64,000 nt of DNA. Source: Pecten maximus (Eukaryota). A program made the position numbers and the translations under genes. Below the pieces are notes generated by a model, which worked only from the letters and a program-made list of their open reading frames with translations, did no database searches and was not told the DNA's origin. Shown one piece after another: positions 38,901-49,612 of the stretch; the first letter of the stretch is position 1, and each line of letters opens with the position of its first letter. The stretch lies in assembly GCF_902652985.1 (NCBI RefSeq), contig NC_047025.1, positions 9,734,001 to 9,798,000 on the forward strand, written 5' to 3'.

Positions 38901-40403
38901 CCAATGACCTTGTTTTTTTTTTAAATTTCTATATTAAGGAGATATTGAGTCAAAACAACTGTTAGATATTATCAAATTCCCTGAAGAAATGAAGTTATTT
39001 AGTGCGATAAAACTGAAATGGTCAATAATTTTTTGGGTAATCTGACATTTCCATTCTAGACAGACAGTCTAGCCAATTGGGCATTATGGCAGGAATAATG
39101 ATAGTTCTATTACCATTTAATTGGGGCACTGATAATCCAGATACCTTGCTTTATTTTCAGCCAACGTAGTTTGTACCGAAAAGGCAAGACCCTGAGTCTA
39201 CAAGAAAACTGGCTTGATGATATAGTGGGATAACTAGAGTCATTGCGGCTCGATTAATAAGAAAGGCTTGGTTTCAAAAAATATTTTATATTCCAAAATA
39301 CCTAACAAATTTTTGATTTATTTGAATGTCTAGACGTAAATTGTTCAATTTCATAACAACATATTGTACTATCTGTAATATACAAGGTTTTTCCTCATGC
39401 TGAAACTCCAACTATGCCTACAAATAGATTTGAATTCAAACTCTGCTAATGCTTTAAATATCGACCAAATACGGCTGCTCATGATTTATGTATAGGTGTT
39501 GATCTTCTTCTTTTTCAGGATTTTCTGTTGAACAAATTTAGGTCCTGAGAGTTGATTGGCACCCAAAGCTATAACCTAGCAATACTTACAAAAATCCAGG
39601 TCCCTGAATATTGACCTAACACTAAGGGCACCTAAACATCTCCAGACAGATCCATCAGCGAGACAGTTATATGATGGTCAGCATGTATTTAAACATAAAT
39701 GGAACAGAGGAGCTACCAGTATTACATGTGATGTTTTTATGCCCAAAAACCTATGATTTTAGTTGCGACGCTGTAGCCCTCGTTTACTGCGGCTACTTCA
39801 AACTAAATCGTCTAACTCAGTCGTCTTTCAGACTTCGTGGAACTCAGACCCTCTGTCACCCCAAATCATCAACACTCGATTCCAGATGTCTTGTTCTACT
39901 CTCATGTTGTTAATAACAGAATTTAACAGCTTTTGGAATCTAATTAAGGTTTGGAAATTGGCATATTAATATAGAAGAGCTGATAAATCAATAGAAAGAA
40001 CTTGGGCGGCCATAACGATAAAACTTTCCTGACTGCCTTTCCTAACTAGTGGACTAAATCCATAAATCTTACCAAATATGGTGATGCACTTGAGATAAGA
40101 GAAAATTCATTGAAGTTTATGCTCTATGAATGAAAATTATGGACTTATTTATCCTGTACTAAGCCTGGGGAACCAACAAATAAAATTTGACACAAAGTCA
40201 AGTGATGACCGTTTTTAACATGCACCAAAAAAGTTCACTTGTAGGAAATTTATATATATTAGAAAAATCTCACAACTCATTTGCATTGCTTTTTTCTATT
40301 TCATTTGATCATACCTCATATAGTGCCATCTGATTTGAAAAGGGAGATAACTCATCATTGCTGGCGAGTGGTTCATTGTCTTTGTTGCGGTCGCTATCTT
40401 CCC
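2815..40403 (-). CDS. kcc: K-Cl cotransporter (KCC, SLC12A4/5/6/7 family), multi-exon, 5' and 3' partial; 24 exons, 2962 coding nt
   Basis: Spliced translation is open and phase-consistent across all junctions. It carries KCC hallmarks: [156 protein letters not shown] large Cys-containing TM5-6 loop distinguishes it from NKCC/NCC. Confidence 0.97.
3821..3977. mobile_element. Short MITE-like element (related copy at ~10117-10261)
   Basis: Imperfect TIRs GGCCTG..ATTCCTTTACTTAAATTTC / GAAATTTTAAGTTAAGGAACATTGATGAAACAGAGGCC. The second copy shares TTAAGTTAAGGAA.ATTGATGAAAC. Confidence 0.5.
4048..4271 (-). CDS. kcc: KCC exon: [14 protein letters not shown]...[10 protein letters not shown]...NDLLSMK(P)
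   Basis: tgtacAG / GTAAGT, 224 nt, phase 0 to 2. Low-complexity S/T/E-rich C-terminal linker ending in MKP, as in KCCs. Confidence 0.85.
4410..5819. repeat. 56-bp tandem array (~25 copies) made of the 5796 exon end plus donor
   Basis: Unit ccctcctctcatcgactttaacatcatcatcctctagtacttacactaagcttgga. Confidence 0.97.
5796..5894 (-). CDS. kcc: KCC exon: [33 protein letters not shown]
   Basis: ttacAG / GTAAGT, 99 nt. Contains the YTYERTL motif, homologous to the KCC2 T906 / KCC3 T991 phosphosite region. Confidence 0.95.
6060..6310. repeat. 77-bp tandem repeat (~3 copies; two GATTGG-containing subunits per unit)
   Basis: agaaca.ttgattggtgaatgtcttgattatgacacaaaacttttgattggt... repeated. Confidence 0.85.
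6321..6412 (-). CDS. kcc: KCC exon: [30 protein letters not shown]
   Basis: ATCCTTAGC branch plus ccAG acceptor, GTAGGC donor, 92 nt. Confidence 0.95.
6413..6630 (-). other. U12-type GT-AG intron
   Basis: 5' GTATCCTTT, branch ATCCTTAGC about 9 nt before the AG, no polypyrimidine tract. Confidence 0.9.
6631..6720 (-). CDS. kcc: KCC exon: [29 protein letters not shown](Q)
   Basis: AC acceptor preceded by TTCCTTAAC, GTATCCTTT donor, 90 nt. Confidence 0.95.
7040..8393. mobile_element. Non-autonomous element: ~150-bp palindromic head plus 1.2-kb body bracketed by TTCTCTCATATC / GATATGAGAGAA
   Basis: Hairpin 7045-7197 centred on CCGAGGCTTGCCGAGG. 12-bp inverted repeat at ~7200 and ~8382. Confidence 0.7.
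8860..8970. repeat. ~38-41-bp repeat x3
   Basis: cctgagattatgtggctg..ctctaactgacagaga. Confidence 0.85.
9309..9425 (-). CDS. kcc: KCC exon: [38 protein letters not shown](H)
   Basis: ttcAG acceptor, ATATCCTTT (U12 AT-AC) donor, 117 nt. Confidence 0.94.
9730..9910 (-). mobile_element. SINE-like fragment with a local inverted duplication
   Basis: tttgtttaacatcc...ggaggaaagccggagtatccggagaaaa, resembling mollusc SINE segments. 9815-9855 is inverted at 9870-9910. Confidence 0.45.
9949..10055 (-). CDS. kcc: KCC exon: [35 protein letters not shown](E)
   Basis: tccAG / GTAAGC, 107 nt. Confidence 0.95.
10434..10522 (-). CDS. kcc: KCC exon: [29 protein letters not shown](M)
   Basis: tttcAG / GTAAGG, 89 nt. 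Confidence 0.94.
11212..11291 (-). CDS. kcc: KCC exon: [26 protein letters not shown]
   Basis: cacAG / GTTAGT, 80 nt. Confidence 0.94.
11645..11733 (-). CDS. kcc: KCC exon: [29 protein letters not shown](G)
   Basis: ttttcAG / GTAAAA, 89 nt. Confidence 0.94.
12259..12363 (-). CDS. kcc: KCC exon: [34 protein letters not shown](R)
   Basis: gacAG / GTAGGT, 105 nt. Confidence 0.95.
12690..12996 (-). mobile_element. tRNA-derived SINE with CORE-like domain
   Basis: Minus strand begins GGAGCCGTGATAGCTCAGTTGGTTATAGTGCTGG (A box), then TGTGTCC...GGCAAGACACTTTA, ending in an AAACCAAAC tail. Related copies at 31468-31735 (+) and 29365-30870 (-). Confidence 0.7.
13063..13182 (-). CDS. kcc: KCC exon: [39 protein letters not shown](G)
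   Basis: tttcAG / GTAAGT, 120 nt. Confidence 0.95.
13168..14003. repeat. 53-bp tandem array (~16 copies) made of the 13182 acceptor plus exon start
   Basis: Unit atcagtgacaaaaccctgaaacacaacacaatatataggtcaaggtcgtacaa. Confidence 0.96.
14016..14114 (-). CDS. kcc: KCC exon: [32 protein letters not shown](W)
   Basis: ttaAG / GTAAGT, 99 nt. Confidence 0.95.
14382..14556 (-). CDS. kcc: KCC exon: [12 protein letters not shown]...LDDVAPIIT(M)
   Basis: acAG / GTAAGT, 175 nt. Confidence 0.95.
14877..16403. repeat. 51-bp tandem array (~30 copies) made of the 16394 exon end plus donor
   Basis: Unit gagccccacacccatggcagtacggaaagtctacatacctgtgagactatg. Confidence 0.97.
16394..16512 (-). CDS. kcc: KCC exon: [39 protein letters not shown](G)
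   Basis: ctttcAG / GTATGT, 119 nt. Confidence 0.95.
16949..17006 (-). CDS. kcc: KCC exon: [18 protein letters not shown](K)
   Basis: U12-like branch TTCCTTAGC plus tgtAG acceptor, GTAAGT donor, 58 nt. Confidence 0.93.
17007..17364 (-). other. U12-type GT-AG intron
   Basis: 5' GTATCCTTT, branch TTCCTTAGC at 17015-17023 just before the AG. Confidence 0.9.
17365..17463 (-). CDS. kcc: KCC exon: [32 protein letters not shown](Y)
   Basis: ctttcAG acceptor, U12-type donor GTATCCTTT, 99 nt. Confidence 0.95.
17845..17982 (-). CDS. kcc: KCC exon: (R)NLNNKY...LAIYFPSCT(G)
   Basis: ttccAG / GTAAAT, 138 nt, phase 1 to 1. Confidence 0.95.
18155..18954. mobile_element. Two copies of a hairpin-headed non-autonomous element, one nested in inverted orientation inside the other
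   Basis: 18192-18452 is the reverse complement of 18700-18952. Palindromic heads gggtctgttcc..gggatatctcaacc / ggttgagatatccc..ggaacagaccc. Confidence 0.8.
19110..19324 (-). CDS. kcc: KCC exon (large extracellular loop): [12 protein letters not shown]...[13 protein letters not shown]
   Basis: ttgcAG / GTAAGT, 215 nt, phase 2 to 1. Four Cys, N-glycosylation sequons (NGT, NIS) and GIPG motif. Confidence 0.95.
21575..21915. repeat. 49-bp minisatellite (~7 copies)
   Basis: gggggaatgtctcaaaacaggattttggatgtcatcacaaacatagctt. Confidence 0.9.
23965..24194 (-). CDS. kcc: KCC exon: [11 protein letters not shown]...[11 protein letters not shown](S)
   Basis: ttacAG / GTAAGT, 230 nt, phase 0 to 2. Confidence 0.95.
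24224..24391. mobile_element. Small MITE with TACCRTATTT..AATAAGCC-type TIRs (relative at 35460-35635)
   Basis: TACCATATTTAATCTCAAATAAGCC ... GGCTTTTTTGAG..ATATATACGGTA. Confidence 0.55.
24580..24798. repeat. 86-bp repeat x~2.5
   Basis: tttgagcgaga.gttttggtgactacactgtcaccttcatcagacaaatgaccagta... Confidence 0.9.
25824..26009 (-). CDS. kcc: KCC exon: [15 protein letters not shown]...IGSIEILV
   Basis: ttttcAG / GTAACT, 186 nt. Highly conserved CCC-family motif. Confidence 0.95.
27580..27723 (-). CDS. kcc: KCC exon (TM1-2): [48 protein letters not shown]
   Basis: tttcAG / GTAAGT, 144 nt, phase 0 to 0. Confidence 0.95.
28275..28765. repeat. 42-bp minisatellite (~11 copies) with inverted CCAAT motifs
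   Basis: ttagaaccaatcaaatgatacatgagtattggattggtcaac. Confidence 0.93.
29594..30775. mobile_element. Helentron-associated (HINE / pearl-like) non-autonomous element with internal ~160-bp tandem repeats, inserted in a SINE remnant
   Basis: AACTAGAGCTGTCAC..GTATACCCCCC start, six aaaggggcataactc units, (GACA)n(GACG)n microsatellite, terminal hairpin ATACCCCC..GGGGGTAT. SINE-like sequence continues on both flanks. Confidence 0.8.
31468..31735 (+). mobile_element. Degenerate tRNA-derived CORE-like SINE
   Basis: gcagttggttagaatgttggcc, tgtccttgggcaag and aaaatgaccctggctgttca match the 12690-12996 copy. Confidence 0.6.
34825..35368 (+). mobile_element. SINE-like element (Meta/MESC-type core suspected); degenerate copies at ~23265-23570 and ~45395-45640
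   Basis: GC-rich block with aaaatggtagtt..cttagcgctcagcat..gactggttcgtccgttgtcagtataatgtgac and tail ggacgttaaac(aaacc)n. Three homologous copies in the window. Confidence 0.75.
35600..35870. repeat. Degenerate ~49-bp repeat (5-6 copies), same family as 53730-54628
   Basis: ggggagggggcttat..gaggataaatatggtac motifs. Confidence 0.7.
37569..37679 (-). CDS. kcc: KCC exon: [37 protein letters not shown]
   Basis: aAG acceptor, CAG|GTGAG donor, 111 nt, phase 0 to 0. Resembles the KCC segment KVSSLLNRMANY. Confidence 0.85.
40315..40403 (-). CDS. kcc: KCC exon, N-terminal: (G)[29 protein letters not shown]
   Basis: ctttcAG acceptor, GAG|GTATGA donor, 89 nt, phase 1 to 0. QMALYE matches the KCC NMALFEE motif. 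Confidence 0.85.
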
Positions 40404-41081
40404 CTGAAAGAAGTGAATTCATAAGTTAGTAATTTATAACATCCATTATTCTTCCTTTAGAATAATACAGATTTATAGTTTTAATTTAAAGTTTCTCATT
40501 TCATGTCTGCTCTTGGGTATGAAAATTCAGCCTTCAGCTCTGTCGATCCTATTTCGTATCTTATGAATAATGGATTACATGAAATATCAAAAACATAACT
40601 TGCAAAAGTTGTAATACCAATATTTCATTGAAAATTCATAAAAGCAGAGAACATATTACAAAATTTCCAAATATTTCTGCCTAAAATTGAAATCAATACA
40701 CCTGTGTCCATGCAAATTGATATTTGACACACTTTGTTGGGAATTTTATACATGGAATGATGAATAGGACATCAGATTAGATTTTGAACAAATTTTTTCT
40801 TGGTGTATGAAGATCTGCTAGAATATTATAAACGTTTGTCTGTAGTTCAGAAGTCATACAATACACAACATCAGGAGAAAATCTCCTACAGCTGCTCAAA
40901 AGCTCATTTGATTCACAATGAACCTGCATGTGTGCATGTCTGCCTTACTTTATGCTATGGGCTGTATCATGCTATGGGCTGTATCATACTTTAGATTGTG
41001 ACTATAAGCTGTTACATAATTATATGCAATATAGACAAACTATCATGATTGTAATAAGATGTATAATACTGTTGACTTTAT

Positions 41082-42257
41082 ATAGGCTATATGCTATGAC
41101 ATATGCAATAGGATATATACTATGACATATGCAATAGGATATATACTATGACATATGCAATAGGCTACTATATGCTATGACATATGCAATAGGCTATATG
41201 CTATGACATATGCAATAGGCAACTATATGCTATGACATGTAATAGGCTACTATATGCTATGACATAGGCTATATGCTATGACATATGCAATAGGCTACTA
41301 TATGCTATGACATAGGCTATATGCTATGACATATGCAACAGGCTATATGCTGTGACATATGCAATAGGCAACTATATGCTATTACATATGCAATAGGCTA
41401 ATATATACTATGACATATGCAATAGGATATATACTATGACATATGCAATAGGCTACTATATGCTATGACATATGCAATAGGCTATATGCTATGACATATG
41501 CAATAGGCAACTATATGCTATGACATGTAATAGGCTACTATATGCTATGACATAGGCTATATGCTATGACATATGCAATAGGCTACTATATGCTATGACA
41601 TAGGCTATATGCTATGACATATGCAACAGGCTATATGCTGTGACATATGCAATAGGCAACTATATGCTATTACATATGCAATAGGCTAATATATGCTATG
41701 ACATATGCAATATGCTACTATATGCTATGACATATGCAATAGGCTACTATATGCTAATTTGACATATACAATATGCTATATGCTGTGACATATGCAATAG
41801 GCTACTATATGCTATTACATATGCAATAGGCTACTATATGCTATGACATATACAATAGGCAACTATATGCTATGACATATGCAATAGGCAACTATATGCT
41901 ATGACATATGCAATAGGCTACTATATGCTATGACATATGCAATAGGCTACTATATGCTATGACATATACAATAGACTACTATATGCTATGACATATGCAA
42001 TAGACTACTATATGCTATGACATATGCAATAGGCTACTATATGCTATGACATATGCAATAGGCTACTATATGCTATGACATAGGCTATATGCTATGACAT
42101 AGGCTATATGCTATGACATATACAATAGACTACTATATGCTATGACATATACAATAGGCAACTATATGCTATGACATATACAATAGACTACTATATGCTA
42201 TGACATATTCAATAGGCTACTATATGCTATGACATATGCAATAGGCAATATGCTATA
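41082..42257. repeat. 29-bp minisatellite (26- and 17-bp variants; ~300-bp higher-order repeat)
   Basis: atatgctatgacatatgcaataggctact. Confidence 0.95.
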
Positions 42258-42331
42258 TTCTATAAGATGTATATATACTGTTGACTTTATACCATATTCA
42301 ATACCCTTAAGGATATATTATGAGCTATATA

Positions 42332-43529
42332 CAGTGGACCAGCGATAATCCGGACGCCGATAGTCCGGAAAACTCACAGTCTGGACGGAAATGCACGGGA
42401 ACGGATTTCCGTAACGTTATTTGTACTCACCAGTCCGGAAATTCCGATTCCGATTCCGGAAGCCCATTTTGGGAACGGAACGTACTTTTCATTAGTAAAT
42501 TTCCCTCAATAATCCGGACGATTTTTTCACCACGAGGAGAAAAAAATGTCGGGGCAAGTCACCCGTGTCGACAGCTGTACAGACTATCGCTTGACACTGT
42601 GCGTAGTCATAGAGACCGCTGCCAGGTCATAGCCCTGGGTGTTTACCTGTGTTACAATGTGTAGCTTTTGTTTTTATAACGGTACATTGCTTTTTCTCTA
42701 CGACCTAAATGTTACAGAATTTATGCACAAACATACAGTACGTGATATGATAATTAATCAATCTCAAATACATGTAATACATTTATGGTCGGTAATTAAC
42801 ATCATTAACACTTTTATTGGGTAAACACGGATAAATCTATCGGCTTTGTAACACCGTTACATGAAACGACGACTCATTGAAAGATGCATGTTATTAATTA
42901 CATACACATTTACGTATTAAGCAGTGATCACAAGAACTGGGTTGATTACACACAAATTAGTCAATAGTCGTCTGATACTTAACTAAGCGTCACATTGTTA
43001 AGTGAATACGGGTTTAATAATTATCGGACATCTTGGGTAGTTCTCGCTGGTGTCGCGTACTTTTAAATAGATAGCTTGGGGTTTCTGGTACGTAAAAATC
43101 ATTAAAAAAAACATGGACTGACGGTAAGTTGTAAAATCCGGGTATTTTATTTAAGGTATTTAACGTTTGTAATTTCTACTTGATTGTGAACCTCCGGGAC
43201 GTGACACATGTGTGTTGTTTGTAGGTTACATATGCCCGCTATAAATAAAACGATTTTCACTTTACATGTTCTTTTAAAAACATAGTTTATTTTTTACTTT
43301 CTAAAAAACAAAACACGAATCATATCAGAAACATAAGTATATTTATTGTTAAAAAGTCTGACAAGTCTGACGTGTTTATGAAACGTCCCGGATTGTATAT
43401 AATCAAGGGAGATAACTCTTACATGACAATTTTTTTGACCTGGTACACGAAATTCGGCAGTCCGGAAAACTCGTAATCCGGACGGTTTGGACTGGGAACG
43501 AAGGTGTTCGGATTATCGAGGGTCCACTG
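42332..43529. mobile_element. Non-autonomous Tc1/mariner (pogo/Tigger-like) DNA transposon, 1198 bp
   Basis: TIRs CAGTGGACCagCGATAATCCGgAC / GTtCGGATTATCGagGGTCCACTG, TA on both flanks, subterminal AGTCCGGAAAACTC repeats, no transposase ORF. Confidence 0.88.
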
Positions 43530-45707
43530 TACTATAGACCAGTATATATCAAGCTATGCAGGCTTTAATGGTGTATACGTATGTCGTATACACGGGCTAA
43601 TAAAACTGTGATGTTTATGTAAAATTCAGGCTGTAATTAAAATTTACATCTTTATTGGAAAATTTCTTTATTGAAAATAATTAAATTAAGACTAACTTCA
43701 ATTAGAGGCCTTACTGAGCTAGGTCATAAAATAAATATCATCAATATCAAATTACTTTCTAAAGATTTATTTCTTAATTGTTAAAAATTTGGAAAATTTG
43801 TCTTTGGCAGCTAGAACAAACGACGTTCAACTAGAAATTTGTACTTGTCAACTCAACGACACAAAATAAAACAAAAGCTTTAGCATTACACTTATAAAAG
43901 TTGAATTTTAGGGTCTCGATCCGCATGTGATCATATATAAACTTCTTATAGAATTTAAACAAATCTTCCCCAACAAACCATGTGTTCACACATAACAACA
44001 CTACAGCCAATTACCTACAATTATCAACACCCAACGTGTTGATAGGGTACAGTTTTGAAATCCATTAACAAGACTAATGATAATATGAAGTGCATCGTTT
44101 GTGAGTTCAGAACTTTGATGTTGGCCTAAACCGTCAACAATTTGTTCCTGTCGACACTACAAATAAAGAGTATATGAAAAACTCATTGTGTTTGTAGAGA
44201 AAAATTAACGAGCTTTTGAAGTAGTTACTTTCAACCTCATTCCCTGTCGTTGCCACCACAGACCCAAAACTGATGAAGAATGCATGTTACGTACATTTCA
44301 TGCCGTTTTGACGCTCTTCCCTCCTAACGATGCATGGATACGAGTAAAACCCTGCTGTGATAATTTCCAACTTGTATTTTTTTCTGTTTTACAAGTCCCA
44401 TTCTAATTAAGATTGCCAAGTCATCGTTTCTGATGGCAATTTAATAAAACATTTATATATTGAGGTCTAAAGTATACATAATAGGAACTACCAGTATGGC
44501 ATAACAGTGTAAAGATATTGATTTTGTGTCTGTTAGCAAATCTCGTTGGAATTGTCTCGCGTTAAGACAGCACAATGGGCGTACTGTATATGAGCCGATA
44601 ACATTCTGGGAACTTTGTTGTTCTGTACGTATTTTCTAGTTATTCTGTAAAGAAATTTTACTCTGCATGTCATGTTAAAATTCTTACAATATATAAGTTG
44701 CACCTGTGCAGAATTCACCAATTAAAATGTTCTTATGAAATTAATTCAGTTTTTGCGTTAATGCAAACTCTACTACTATATACTGTATTAAATTTCAGCC
44801 CATTTTGAATTTTCTAGGAAATCGGAAATTTAAACAAAAAATATTTTGCCATGCTGGGCCTCAACTTAAATGACCTTATATGCTCTCTCAGATGACATCC
44901 TTAACCACTAGGCTAAAGGGAAATTAACACTTGTGGCCGGTGATCTAGCTAGTACTGTGACCTTGGGATAGGTCCACTTTACACTAAATTTACAATTCAC
45001 TTGCGTGTATGCGTTCATTGTTTTGCTAAGTCTGTTTTGCTACATCACTGAATAATAGTCTCTAGTGTTGGCAAGATGGATGTTGTTTTCTTTAATTAAA
45101 GTGTAATCTTACTGAAATATCAGGCAGTAAATAAAGGCCTTCTGATATTGTACCATATATCCACAGTAAAATCCCAAATGATTGCAAATTGTTGATAATG
45201 ATAATCAGTTTGCAAAATTTAAACAAAAAAATATATTACAATACTACAAGTATGATAGGGACGTATCAGGAATATTTATATTTTGACTATATATATACAG
45301 GACAATCTTTATCATACATCAATGGAATCCTGACCCTCGAATGGCCTTGCTTTTATTTATATCACATTGCTAATGACACTCATGTCTGAGCACAGACACT
45401 TCCTCACTTTTGACCTTTGAGTTGAATGTTCGCCCCTGTGAAGAAAGGTACTATATGGGCTCCATTGCCAGGCCGTGACATACTAAAGTCACTAAAATGG
45501 TACGTGATGCTCCTAGCTTGACACGAGCAGCACCAAAAGAAGGAAAGGGTTGGCCCATTACAATGTCAGTAAACTGGTCCGCGAGAAATGTCAAGTCAGT
45601 GTGCATATAACAATATATTTCAGTAAAATGGGACTTTAACAACAGTCTAAAGTTTGTCCAATTCCTGAAGCCACCTTCCTTGAATAACTTTTGTGTTGAT
45701 AAAGCAC

Positions 45708-48700
45708 TTTGATTTAAAAAAGAAAAACCAATAAGCCACGTACATTAAACATAAAGCTCTGTAAATCTACAACACAAAATTTAGATAGAATATCTGAAAT
45801 ACGTGACTAAAAACTTTTCCTCAGCTTTTCCTCAACAAATAATCATCTTTCCTGCCTTTAACTTTAACTTGCTAACATAAAACTGGCGAATTAAGTACAT
45901 CTACAAGATATTTGGCATGAATATAACAACAATTATATCAAAATATCTCCAAATTTAAGAGAATAATCACGTTTCCCGTTTAAAGAATCTGTTAATAGCT
46001 GATAAGAAATACTCCTTAATGACAATAATTGTTTATTATAGAGGAAATCCACTGGTAATTAACCCTTAACATTATTGAGAATTTGATGCTTCCTCGGTGT
46101 ATAGAATGTATACTTCAATAGAAGTTCTCTGTGTTAGCATTCATTTTACTGAGGTTTTTTTTGTCTTTGGAGATTTTTAACCTCAAACAGTTTAAAATCA
46201 TCTAAAAGTAGGGGAGGGCTTCATTACAGGATAAAGGAATACAAATATCATCCAAACATACAAAAAGGACAGGAGATCCCAGAAGAATATTGGCACCCAC
46301 CATTAAATGATCTTTATCAGTTCCATGAAAGACTGATCTTTTCTCTTCTTTTGTTAACTTTCCTCTTTTCCTCTTAATATGAAATTGGAGAAAGAGCAGA
46401 ACTTTTTGAGGAATACCGATGTTACAAACTGCCACTATCAAATTCATATAATCCACGAAGAACAAAATAATTTTAAAATAGCATTACACTGAACAAACTT
46501 CCACTGTAAAATTCCAATGGCCACCTATTGGCCATTTCGTTTTCCGATAAATCTCAAATTTCAATATACACACCTAGAGAACAGGAGTCTAAATTTGAGA
46601 AAGTTCCATGAAGAACTTTCTGAGAAATAGCGATAAAAATCCTCATTTCTCTCTTTTCATATGATGAACCACAGACAAACAATAACATCCACATAATGTG
46701 TCCTGATTAGTTGTACATCTATAAATCTATCAATCTGCATTTGTTTAATTCTTGGCTCAAACAAACTCCAATTAAAAGTAACGCTGAAGTGGATTTATGT
46801 CTAAACAACAAACAGATGTAGTTTACGAAAACCGACTTGGTTTGTTGAGTAAATGTAGAAGATCTACACAGATATATCTCCCTATAAAATGTCGGTAAAC
46901 TGTTCCAGCAAGAAATTTAACCAGCATTCTTATTGCTTTGCCAAAATGGTAGAAATCGCTAGAACTGGAGGTCATCAATTGGTTTTCAAAATAAACAAAA
47001 AGTGGAACCGGGAGGGCTCAGCAAGTTCAACCTTTGACCTTTTAACCTTGTCTGGTGATTACCAAAATCAATTGTAGACCTGGATGGTGTGACGCTATCA
47101 TGTGAATACCAACAAAATCTGTCCAGGGGTTCATGAGATGTACATATCATACATATATATACAATGTACTTCTTTTATTTTAAAAGTGGTCATCATTTGT
47201 AACCTTTGACCTTTAAAGACTGAAGATCACCAAATATACTGAAAAAATGATGTTGTATGAACTAAATCTGTCCAAAGGTTCAAGAGATGATCTTGTCCAC
47301 ATATTAGCTTTTAAATTTCACAGACAGAGCTGCACACATGCAGTAGATACCGGTGGTACACATGGTATCTTATTTAATCAATCACAAGGTCAGGCCTAAC
47401 ACCGTCATACCTGTCATGGCTGAAGGTAAAAATTTCATCTAGATATCTGACAATACCATCTGTTACACAAATCTGTTTGGGACAGCTAGTTCAAGGTTAT
47501 CAGAAAAGGATTATGTTGCACATTAACGATCTCAAAACCAAGGTTTGATATCTCTTCTGTAGTTCAGCAGGTACAAATCTTTCAGTTCATTTTGTTTTAG
47601 AAAATTCAAAATTAGAAATTTCTTTAATTCTTGTTCCACAAACATAAAACATGTCCTTCAGGTTTGTATTGGATTAAATGTAACGTTTTGGTGACTAAAC
47701 TCTTTCACAAAATTTTGTTTGATAACCTAATTTTCAAAACATTCTTTCACAAAATTTTGTTCAATAACCCAATTTTCATAACAATCTTTCAAAAAAATTT
47801 ATTTGATAAGCTATTTTTCAAAGTCTTTATTTTTCTTTTTTTTTTCTTTTTCTTTTTCTTGGGTTGGGCCTTGGAGAGGGGGTGGGGAGAAGGAAACTGG
47901 GCCTTGGGGGAGGGGGTGGGGAGAAGGTAACTGGGCCTTGGGGGAGGGGGTGGGGAGAAGGTAACTGGGCCTTGGGGGAGGGGGTGGGGAGAAGGAAACT
48001 GGGCCTTGGGGGAGGGGGTGGGGAGAAGGAAACTGCACCACCATTCCTTCAATACATAAAAAATTGAGCAACATTTTACATATTCTCTTTTTTTAACAGT
48101 AGAAGCTCAATCCTTTTAACAAATCCAAGATTAGGAAATATTACATTGTTCCACAAACCTATAAACGTCGGGAACTGAAATGCACATTAATATAATCACC
48201 CACTCCTCGATATATACACCTTGTATATATGTACACCACATTCCTGGATTTCATCTACTTCACGATAAAAGCTGTGAATTTTTAACAGTCCCCAGGCTAT
48301 AAAATCCCCATCATCCGTTTTTCCATTATCTATAAATGTAACCAAATCAAGAAGATGCTGGCAAAGAAATGCATTTTTACAATGGAACGGTGACGAGATT
48401 GGCGTAAATTTCCAAAGAGGTTATCAATCAGGGATAAACAGCAGTGATATATATATGGTATATGCAGCAATAATTCCATGCCTAAGTACAAACATTTAAG
48501 TTGAAGTACACGTCACACACACATATCGGGAGCCACACCAGGCATCCAAGTACACCTCCCCCCTGAAGACCCTTCAAATCTCTCAACAAAAAATTCCAAT
48601 ATTTACTAACAATGCATGCTTCCAGATGAAAAAAGGCTGAAAACAGAGATTCCAATAATCCACATCTGTTCAACTTATAAATCTGGTATCGACAAAAGGC

Positions 48701-49022
48701 CTTGAGGGCCTGTGTGGATATCTTCATACTTGAAGGTTCAGAAGGATGCTACCAAAGAGCATGTGGAAGGACTTAGTGTTTGTAAATATAAGACTGTAGC
48801 TAATTTGTGATTGGACAATAGAGCCACTATGCGCTGGGTTGATATTTTTTGATGTTGACCTCATGTGCAGTCAATGTCATTGCCATGGCGAAATGAGAAG
48901 GATTTTAGATAAATCTGAACACATCATGAACAAGAGGCCCATGCAGAGGGCCTGCATCGCTCACCTGGATATTTTAAATTTCAAATATTTTCCTCGTACT
49001 TTTGAACCGACTCTCCCAACAA
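45708..49022. repeat. Tandem segmental duplication, copy 1 (~3.3 kb)
   Basis: Collinear with 49613-52799, with scattered SNPs and indels. Confidence 0.96.
47866..48035. repeat. 34-bp G-rich minisatellite (5 copies; 3 copies at 51727-51830)
   Basis: gggccttgggggagggggtggggagaaggaaact. Confidence 0.95.
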
Positions 49023-49612
49023 GAGGCCCAATGGGCCTGTATCGCTCACCTGGCTCTACAGCAACTTTGAAGTTGATGAGGTCATTTCTAAAGATACTAT
49101 GTTGATTACCTCTTTATTCAAATAGCATTGTAAGCTAGTTTTATTCATATTAAACATTTTCTAGTCCTTCATTCCAGCATTCTATTGGCCTAATATCAGG
49201 TCTTGGAGGCTCTTGGCTATCGCAAATTTCACCCGTGACCTTGAATGTAGGTCAAGGTCATTTACTTGAACAAAATTGGTAGCCCTTCACCCCAGCATGC
49301 TACAGGCCCAATATCAAGTCCCTGGGCCTCTTGGTTATTGAGAAGAAGTCGTTTGAAGATTATAGCCTATTTGACCCATGTGACCTTGAATGAAGGTCAA
49401 GGTCATTTATTTGAACAAACTTTGTAGCCCTTCAACCCAGCAAGCTACAGGCCCAATATCAAGTCCCTGGGCCTCTTGGTTATTGAGAAGAAGTCGTTTG
49501 AAGATTATAGTCTATTTGACCCATGTGACCTTGAATGAAGGTCAAGGTCATTTATTTGAACAAACTTTTTAGCCCTTCAACCCAGCAAGCTACAGGCCCA
49601 ATATCAAGTCCC
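49018..49612. mobile_element. Truncated HINE-like element with ~146-bp internal repeats at the duplication junction
   Basis: AACAAGAGGCCCAATGGGCCTGTATCGCTCACCTG start and three gtgaccttgaatg.aggtcaaggtca units. Confidence 0.75.

Noticed and set aside
47631-48074. Pro-, Gly- and Lys-rich ORFs (also 51496-51891)
   Set aside because: Derived from a poly-T run and the 34-bp G-rich repeat.
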